4,463 bases of DNA from a virus (lineage: Duplodnaviria > Heunggongvirae > Uroviricota > Caudoviricetes). Below, one piece after another: positions 1-4,463 of this stretch. Below the pieces are notes generated by a model. The model was given only the letters and a program-made list of their open reading frames with translations, was not told the DNA's origin and made no database searches. Position 1 is the stretch's first letter. Each line of letters starts with the position of its first letter. Location: IMG/VR virus record IMGVR_UViG_2684622772_000008; one strand, written 5' to 3'. A program made the position numbers and the translations under genes.

Positions 1-2
1 TT

Positions 3-753
3 TTCTGCTCATTATTAGCTCCTTCTGATGCCATTCTATTTCAGGAAGGAGTGTCCGTTAAACTCAGGCTACCTCAGGTTATTCGCTTCTGGGCATGGGC
101 GGATCAACAAATGATAGACGGTAATGCAGATTGTAACGCTCGCGGCGTTACAAAAAGTGCAATAGATCGCATCACTTTTATGTCTGGTTTTGCTGATGCG
201 TTAATTCAGGTTGGATGGCTGGTCGAAAATGACGGAGGGCTTTCTCTACCTAACTTTGAACGTCATAACGGAAAAAGCTCTAAAAAAAACGGGCGGTTAC
301 AAACGAGCGAGTAACAAAAATACGCGAACTGAAACGAAAAGGTAACGCTGCCAGCGTTACACAAACGGATCAAAAAGCGTTACCAGAGGAAGAGGAAGAG
401 GAAGATCTAAATACTGATCTCCCCCTCGCCAAAAACGAGCGTCTAAAAAATTCGAGCCGGAGGCTATTGAGCTGCCCGATTGGTTGCCGGAAACACTCTG
501 GCATGAGTGGGTCCGGTTCAGACAGGCATTGCGAAAACCGATTCGAACGGAGCAGGGCGCTAACGGGGCGATACGGGAACTGGAAAAATTCCGTCAGCAG
601 GGTTTTACACCTGAGCAGGTGATTCGACACAGCATCGCCAATGAATACCAGGGCCTGTTCGCGCCGAAAGGTGTTCGGCCTGAGACGTTGCTCCGACAGG
701 TTAACACCGTCTCGTTGCCGGACAGTGCGATCCCGCCAGGCTTCAGGGGGTAA
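3..753 (+). pseudogene. Phage replication/primosomal protein with DnaT-like C-terminal domain; 5' end upstream of window; frame broken twice at poly-A runs
   Basis: Three contiguous coding segments in three + frames. Segment 1 is open from nt 3 to TAA 312-314 (N-terminal domain; the GTG at 51 is probably internal). Segment 2 runs about 290-450 (charged linker, including EEEEEE from (GAGGAA)3 at 386-403). Segment 3 runs 418-753 and ends ...NTVSLPDSAIPPGFRG, matching the DnaT C-terminus as I recall it (...NTVSEPDSQIPPGFRG). Frame switches coincide with A8 at 282-289 and A6 at 445-450. TAA 751-753 lies 6 nt before the DnaC-like start, as in dnaT-dnaC operons. Confidence 0.6.
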
Positions 754-759
754 CGGACC

Positions 760-1186
760 ATGAAAAATATTGCGACAGGCGGCGTTCTGGAACGCATCCG
801 CCGACTGACCCCGCCACATGTAACCGCCCCATTCAGAACGGTAGCGGAGTGGCGCGAGTGGCAACTTGCTGAAGGCCAGAAACGTAGCGAGGAGATCAAC
901 CGCCTGAATCGCCAGTTGCGGGTGGAAAAAATTCTGAATCGCTCAGGCATCCAGCCGTTGCACCGTAAATGCTCGTTTGCGAATTACCAGGTGCAGAACG
1001 ACGGCCAGCGATACGCGTTAAGCCAGGCGAAATCCATCGCCGATGAACTGATGACCGGGTGTACAAATTTTGCGTTCAGCGGAAAACCTGGTACCGGGAA
1101 GAATCACTTAGCGGCAGCTATCGGGAATCGCCTGCTGAAAGACGGTCAGACAGTGATTGTGGTTACCGTGGCTGATGTTATGAGCG
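760..1186 (+). CDS. DnaC-like helicase loader (phage replication protein), N-terminal 142 codons only; 3' part lost in assembly gap
   Basis: ATG 760 with GGGGG at 746-750. The translation aligns along its length with E. coli DnaC as I recall it (NRSGI.PLH..CSF.NY; Walker A GKPGTGK at nt 1081-1101; ...VTVADVMS). The frame runs straight into the N-run at 1187. Confidence 0.88.
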
Positions 1187-1414
1187 NNNNNNNNNNNNNN
1201 NNNNNNNNNNNNNNNNNNNNNNNNNNNNNNNNNNNNNNNNNNNNNNNNNNNNNNNNNNNNNNNNNNNNNNNNNNNNNNNNNNNNNNNNNNNNNNNNNNNN
1301 NNNNNNNNNNNNNNNNNNNNNNNNNNNNNNNNNNNNNNNNNNNNNNNNNNNNNNNNNNNNNNNNNNNNNNNNNNNNNNNNNNNNNNNNNNNNNNNNNNNN
1401 NNNNNNNNNNNNNN
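1187..1414. other. Assembly/scaffold gap (228 N)
   Basis: Uninterrupted run of n characters; true length and content unknown. Confidence 0.99.
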
Positions 1415-1430
1415 AGTTTCAGGAGGATTT

Positions 1431-1853
1431 ATGGCGAAACCTTTTACTCCCGAACAGCGGGAAGAACTGAAGACGCGAATTGTGGAACTCGTGCATCAGG
1501 ACGGTCGGGTCACGATTCGGCAGTTGTCAGATGAAACAGGTATCAGTCGTGCGTCTGTCGGTCGCTTATGCATAGAACTGGTCGCAAGTGGTGATGTATA
1601 TAATTCTGGCTACGGCTTATTCCCGTCTGAACAGGCTCGCAAGGACTGGCAAAGCGCCCGCAAAAAACTCTCGAGAGTAAAGGTGAGGAAACCGGTTGTT
1701 GTTGATCCGGACCTTATCTGGTCATTACCTGACGGAGAAATACGCCGCTACGACAGGCGCCTGAATATAATCTGTCGCGAGTGCCGGAAGAGCGAAGCTA
1801 TGCAGCGTGTACTGGCTTTCTATCAGGGTAATTTTCAGGAGGCGATACTGTGA
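1431..1853 (+). CDS. Hypothetical phage protein with predicted winged-helix/HTH DNA-binding domain (140 aa)
   Basis: AGGAGG 1421-1426, ATG 1431, TGA 1851-1853. Residues ~17-55 (RIVELVHQDGRVTIRQLSDETGISRASVGRLCIELVASGDV) have an HTH-like pattern, followed by a basic C-terminal half. No family assignment from memory. Confidence 0.7.
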   Translation: MAKPFTPEQREELKTRIVELVHQDGRVTIRQLSDETGISRASVGRLCIELVASGDVYNSGYGLFPSEQARKDWQSARKKLSRVKVRKPVVVDPDLIWSLPDGEIRRYDRRLNIICRECRKSEAMQRVLAFYQGNFQEAIL

Positions 1854-1910
1854 ATGAAATTAGCTATCAGGCTTCAATTACCGCTGGCATTCGCATCAAA
1901 GGAGAGGAGC

Positions 1911-2267
1911 ATGGAAATAAAACCAGAAGATGAGTTAAGCAATATCGTTTTATTTCCGGTAAAAGAGGATGACCCTCGTAATCAGGTTAATTTTCTTTAT
2001 GAGCCATCGGAAAGACCATATTGCCATCACGCCTCTGTACGGGTTGACGAAAAAGAGCGTCAGGTCCGCTGTAAAATCTGCGGTGCGGTTGTGGAGCCGT
2101 TTGACTGGATGCTCTCTGTGGCAAAAAGAGAAACCAGACTGGCAGATGATGTAAGGCTATTGCGCCAGGAGGAACAGGAAAGGCGGAGAAATATAGAAAA
2201 GCTGATACAGATTGAGCGTAACGCGAAAGCGCGGATACGCAGGGCGACAAAATCCAGAACTGAATAA
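1911..2267 (+). CDS. Hypothetical zinc-ribbon plus coiled-coil protein (118 aa; 137 aa if started at ATG 1854)
   Basis: ATG 1911 is preceded by AGGAGAGGAG at 1900-1909. An in-frame ATG at 1854 directly abuts the upstream stop (TGAATG, 1851-1856) with AGGAGG at 1837-1842, so the start is ambiguous. TAA 2265-2267. Cys/His cluster YCHHASVRVDEKERQVRCKICG, then an Arg/Glu-rich helical-looking tail. Confidence 0.6.
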   Translation: MEIKPEDELSNIVLFPVKEDDPRNQVNFLYEPSERPYCHHASVRVDEKERQVRCKICGAVVEPFDWMLSVAKRETRLADDVRLLRQEEQERRRNIEKLIQIERNAKARIRRATKSRTE

Positions 2268-2414
2268 TTAAATTTAGCACTGTTAAAAATTTAATCCTTA
2301 ACCGGAGGGATTTCTGCACCCTCAAATCATCAGGAGACCACCCGAAAGGGCGGGGAGCAGTCACACATCTGTTTCCGATAGCCCCGTTCTAATGCTACAC
2401 TCTTTGATATTTTT

Positions 2415-3101
2415 ATGACCCCAATAAACATATTTATGACAGTTGCTGATTTCAAACGGCCCAAATTGGAGCTCCCAAACGGGGCAAACAAACTACTACT
2501 GCACTCTTGCTGTGCTCCATGTTCCGGTGAGGTGATGGAGGCGCTTCAGGCCTCGGGAATCGACTACACCATCTTTTTCTACAACCCGAACATTCATCCT
2601 CAGAAAGAGTATTTAATTCGTAAGGATGAGAATATTCGCTTTGCTGAACAACACGGCGTGCCGTTTATTGATGCTGATTACGACACAGACAACTGGTTTG
2701 AACGAGCCAAAGGAATGGAATGGGAGCCCGAACGAGGGATCCGTTGCACCATGTGTTTTGACATGCGTTTTGAGCGGACAGCGCTGTACGCCGCTGAAAA
2801 TGGTTTCAGTGTGATCAGCAGTTCACTGGGCATTTCACGCTGGAAAAATATGCAGCAGGTTAACGACTGTGGGCGGCGAGCCGTCGCGCATTATCCGGGC
2901 ATGGTGTACTGGGATTATAACTGGCGCAAGCAGGGCGGCTCGTCCCGTATGATTGAAATCAGCAAGCGCGAAAAATTCTATCAGCAGGAATATTGTGGCT
3001 GTGTGTATTCTCTGCGCGATACCAATCTACACCGCAAATCTCAGGGACGCCCTCTTATCAAAATTGGTCAACTCCACTACGGTAAAGAAGAGAAGGAGTG
3101 A
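2415..3101 (+). CDS. queH: QueH-family (DUF208) epoxyqueuosine reductase-like protein (228 aa)
   Basis: The translation contains [32 protein letters not shown] and C-terminal YCGCVYS, the conserved Cys-containing blocks I recognise as the QueH/DUF208 signature. TGA 3099-3101. No clear Shine-Dalgarno before ATG 2415; in-frame ATG 2436 and TTG 2466 are alternative starts. Confidence 0.82.
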   Translation: MTPINIFMTVADFKRPKLELPNGANKLLLHSCCAPCSGEVMEALQASGIDYTIFFYNPNIHPQKEYLIRKDENIRFAEQHGVPFIDADYDTDNWFERAKGMEWEPERGIRCTMCFDMRFERTALYAAENGFSVISSSLGISRWKNMQQVNDCGRRAVAHYPGMVYWDYNWRKQGGSSRMIEISKREKFYQQEYCGCVYSLRDTNLHRKSQGRPLIKIGQLHYGKEEKE

Positions 3102-3122
3102 TTTTATGGGGCACCTTTCTGA

Positions 3123-3152
3123 TTGATTTCATATTGGCGAGGTAAGTAGAAT
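3123..3152 (+). promoter_or_regulatory. Candidate sigma70 promoter of the hok-like mRNA
   Basis: -35 TTGATT at 3123-3128, 18-nt spacer, -10 TAGAAT at 3147-3152. Predicted start near 3159-3162 puts GUGCUUGAGG at the 5' end of the transcript, resembling the 5' end of plasmid R1 hok mRNA as I recall it. Confidence 0.45.
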
Positions 3153-3204
3153 GACTGCGGGTGCTTGAGGCTATCTGCTTCAGGCATGAACACCAAAAGG
3201 CAGA

Positions 3205-3281
3205 TAGAGAAAAGCCCCAGTTAACATTACGCGTCCGGCAAGACGCTTAACATTAATCTGAGGCCAATTTCATGCTTTGCA
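3205..3281 (-). ncRNA. sok: Sok-like antisense RNA (antitoxin of the type I TA locus); ends approximate
   Basis: On the minus strand, -35 TTGCCT (plus coords 3310-3315), 17-nt spacer, -10 TAACCT (plus coords 3287-3292). This has the same position and orientation as the sok promoter in hok/sok loci, overlapping the mok-equivalent start region. The transcript would run leftwards through the 5-bp hairpin GCGUC/GACGC at 3231-3246. The 3' end is not defined by a clean U-tract. Confidence 0.4.
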
Positions 3282-3328
3282 CATGTAGGTTAGCCTCTTA
3301 CATGCCGAAAGGCAAGGAGAAGCAGGCT

Positions 3329-3484
3329 ATGAAGCAGCAAAAGGCGATGTTAATCGCCCTGATCGTCATCTGTTTAACCGTCATAGTGACGGCACTGGTA
3401 ACGAGGAAAGACCTCTGTGAGGTACGAATCCGAACCGGCCAGACGGAGGTCGCTGTCTTCGTAGACTACGAATCCAGGAAGTAA
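3329..3484 (+). CDS. hok: Hok/Gef-family type I toxin (51 aa, single transmembrane helix)
   Basis: AAGGAG 3314-3319, ATG 3329, TAA 3482-3484. Protein MKQQKAMLIALIVICLTVIVTALVTRKDLCEVRIRTGQTEVAVFVDYESRK has a hydrophobic helix and the TRK.LCE.R..G..EVA tail typical of Hok proteins. It is very close to E. coli HokD/RelF as I recall it. Leader and trailer RNA elements are also hok-like. Confidence 0.9.
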   Translation: MKQQKAMLIALIVICLTVIVTALVTRKDLCEVRIRTGQTEVAVFVDYESRK

Positions 3485-3561
3485 GAGTGACCGGGCGGGG
3501 AGCTGATCCCATCCCCGCCCACCTCTGATGTGTCAGGCATCCTCAACGCACCCGCACTTAA

Positions 3562-3604
3562 CCCGCCCATCGCTGTGATCTCTCAGCGTTTCGGCGGGTT
3601 TTTT
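3562..3604 (+). terminator. Rho-independent terminator of the hok-like transcript
   Basis: Stem CCCGCC (3562-3567) pairs with GGCGGG (3593-3598), with inner pairing CGCUG (3571-3575) and CAGCG (3584-3588), followed directly by TTTTTT at 3599-3604. Confidence 0.7.
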
Positions 3605-3624
3605 GTTGTTTATTTCCGGTGAAT

Positions 3625-3652
3625 TTGATTCGCGCACCTTCGCAGATAGAAT
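3625..3652 (+). promoter_or_regulatory. Candidate sigma70 promoter upstream of the 95-aa ORF
   Basis: -35 TTGATT at 3625-3630, 16-nt spacer, -10 TAGAAT at 3647-3652. These are the same hexamers as the hok promoter, and the sequence after the -10 is similar (TAGAATcGACT vs TAGAATGACT). Confidence 0.4.
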
Positions 3653-3733
3653 CGACTCACTTAAGTAGCGCGCAGGGAGAAGAGGGATGGACCCCGAACA
3701 GGGGAGAGCTATTTATCTGGAAGGATTCTGAAG

Positions 3734-4021
3734 ATGAAAATCGAAGAATTGCGTGAAATTTTTAGTGAAAATGGCCTCTATGCTGTGCGCGTTGAGAATG
3801 GAGCGATTGTCAGCCATTGCCGCATTAGATGTTTGCAATCTCAACAAAGGAAGAGCGGTGCTGTGTTATTTTATTTTTGTAATGGACTTCTGACGGACGG
3901 TTTTATTTTGCGTGAGGACGAATTTGTCACATCATTACGGGTTTTGAAAGAGATTGGTTTTAAGGCTGGTTTTCTGCTTTTGCTGAAGAATAAACTCATC
4001 TACAATCTTGAGCAGGATTGA
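3734..4021 (+). CDS. Hypothetical protein (95 aa), unassigned
   Basis: GGAAGGA at 3719-3725 is 8 nt before ATG 3734; TGA 4019-4021. Codon usage looks AT-rich with AGA/AGG Arg codons. No family recognised. Confidence 0.45.
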   Translation: MKIEELREIFSENGLYAVRVENGAIVSHCRIRCLQSQQRKSGAVLFYFCNGLLTDGFILREDEFVTSLRVLKEIGFKAGFLLLLKNKLIYNLEQD

Positions 4022-4059
4022 ACTCCTGCTGTGTAACACCGTGCCACCGGAGAAAGCCG

Positions 4060-4413
4060 ATGGCACATATACAACTGGTCAAACAAACCTCTTCCGGATT
4101 ACTTCTCCCGGCGACGCCGGAGAGTTGCGATTTTCTGCATCAAATCAAAATAGGTGAGTGGATACACGCAGACTTTAAGCGTGTGTGTAACTACGCATTC
4201 CACAAGCGTTTTTTCAAACTCCTGCAACTGGGTTTCGATTACTGGACTCCGGTCGGTGGGGCGATCACGCCTCGCGAACGAAAACTGGTGTCCGGTTTCG
4301 TTGATTACCTGTGTGAATCAGTAGGCCGGGAACATACGCCAGCTCTGAGCGAAGCCGCAGAGCAATTGAGGTGTACTGGCAATAGCGGACACTACCATTT
4401 GTTCTTTTTTTAA
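4060..4413 (+). CDS. Hypothetical protein (117 aa as read); may be 3'-truncated or frameshifted at a T7 run
   Basis: GGAG at 4049-4052 is 7 nt before ATG 4060 (the ORF-track TTG at 4018 is less likely). The protein is MAHIQLVKQ...GHYHLFFF with TAA 4411-4413. The stop follows T7 at 4405-4411, and the adjacent frame is open from 4410 to the window end. Confidence 0.5.
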   Translation: MAHIQLVKQTSSGLLLPATPESCDFLHQIKIGEWIHADFKRVCNYAFHKRFFKLLQLGFDYWTPVGGAITPRERKLVSGFVDYLCESVGREHTPALSEAAEQLRCTGNSGHYHLFFF

Positions 4414-4463
4414 GCAGCCATCTGATGATATTTTTCCCTGAAGGCTGCCGGGGAGATATTCCC

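Noticed and set aside
51-314. GTG 51 as the true start of an 87-aa stand-alone protein
   Set aside because: The frame is open back to nt 3 with coding-like sequence, the AGGA before GTG 51 is too close (about 4 nt), and downstream frames show this is the N-terminal part of a longer, frame-broken gene.
386-403. (GAGGAA)x3 tandem repeat
   Set aside because: In-frame coding repeat giving a poly-Glu linker in the replication protein; not a regulatory or mobile-element repeat.
370-864. Minus-strand ORF of 164 aa
   Set aside because: Lies antisense to the DnaT-like and DnaC-like coding sequence, which have clear protein signatures on the plus strand; the product is low-complexity (SSSSSSS run, Arg-rich) and has no start context.
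594-950. Minus-strand ORF of 118 aa
   Set aside because: Antisense to the DnaT-like C-terminus and DnaC-like N-terminus; a shadow ORF of genuine plus-strand genes.
760-1470. ORF-track call of a single 236-aa protein spanning the N-run
   Set aside because: The middle 76 codons are Ns and the gap length is probably arbitrary; only 760-1186 is real DnaC-like sequence, and the 3' piece (1415-1470) is the ribosome-binding site and start of the next gene in another frame.
1969-2154. Plus-strand alternative-frame ORF (61 aa) inside the zinc-ribbon gene
   Set aside because: Entirely nested in a better-supported frame; no ribosome-binding site.
2268-2294. AT-rich inverted repeat as intrinsic terminator of the zinc-ribbon gene
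   Set aside because: Stem is A/T only and there is no U-tract after it; more likely a binding site or non-functional.
1987-2364. Minus-strand ORF of 125 aa
   Set aside because: Antisense to the zinc-ribbon gene and the intergenic region; Pro/Ser/Leu-rich product typical of shadow frames.
2626-2814. Plus-strand alternative-frame ORF (62 aa) inside the QueH-like gene
   Set aside because: Nested in the QueH frame, which carries the family motifs.
3106-3126. Mini-ORF MGHLSD after AAGGAG (3093-3098) just downstream of the QueH-like stop
   Set aside because: Six codons overlapping the -35 of the hok promoter; the SD-like sequence is the end of the QueH-like coding sequence (codons for KEKE); probably fortuitous.
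3221-3255. Direct repeat TTAACATTA (3221-3229 and 3247-3255) flanking a small palindrome, as a possible insertion footprint or target-site duplication
   Set aside because: Lies inside the hok leader / Sok-encoding region where conserved RNA structure is expected; no other mobile-element features (no transposase, no terminal inverted repeats).
3272-3484. ORF-track 70-aa version of Hok starting at ATG 3272
   Set aside because: Hok toxins are about 50 aa and ATG 3329 has a canonical AAGGAG 9 nt upstream. The 3272 start is kept only as a possible mok-like coupling frame (see findings).
4018-4059. TTG 4018 as start of the last ORF
   Set aside because: No ribosome-binding site, and it overlaps the stop and hairpin of the upstream ORF; ATG 4060 has GGAG at the right spacing.

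Overview
All-plus-strand segment of what looks like an enterobacterial lambdoid-type prophage. The 5' part is a replication module: a DnaT-like replication/primosomal gene (5' end outside the window, reading frame broken at two poly-A runs), followed 6 nt later by a DnaC-like helicase-loader gene whose 3' half is lost in a 228-N scaffold gap (1187-1414). The 3' part is accessory cargo: a winged-helix protein gene abutting a zinc-ribbon/coiled-coil protein gene, an orphan QueH-family (DUF208) epoxyqueuosine reductase gene, a complete hok/sok-type type I toxin-antitoxin locus with a non-canonical mok-equivalent frame, and two unassigned ORFs (95 aa and at least 117 aa). I found no rRNA, tRNA, CRISPR array or IS element. 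I cannot point to a clearly novel system: the best candidates for undescribed function are the wHTH/zinc-ribbon pair and the two ORFs downstream of hok, and neither has a function I can assign. Caveat: three frame anomalies sit exactly on homopolymer runs, so assembly indel error is as likely as real pseudogenisation. All family assignments rest on motifs recalled from memory, not on a search.
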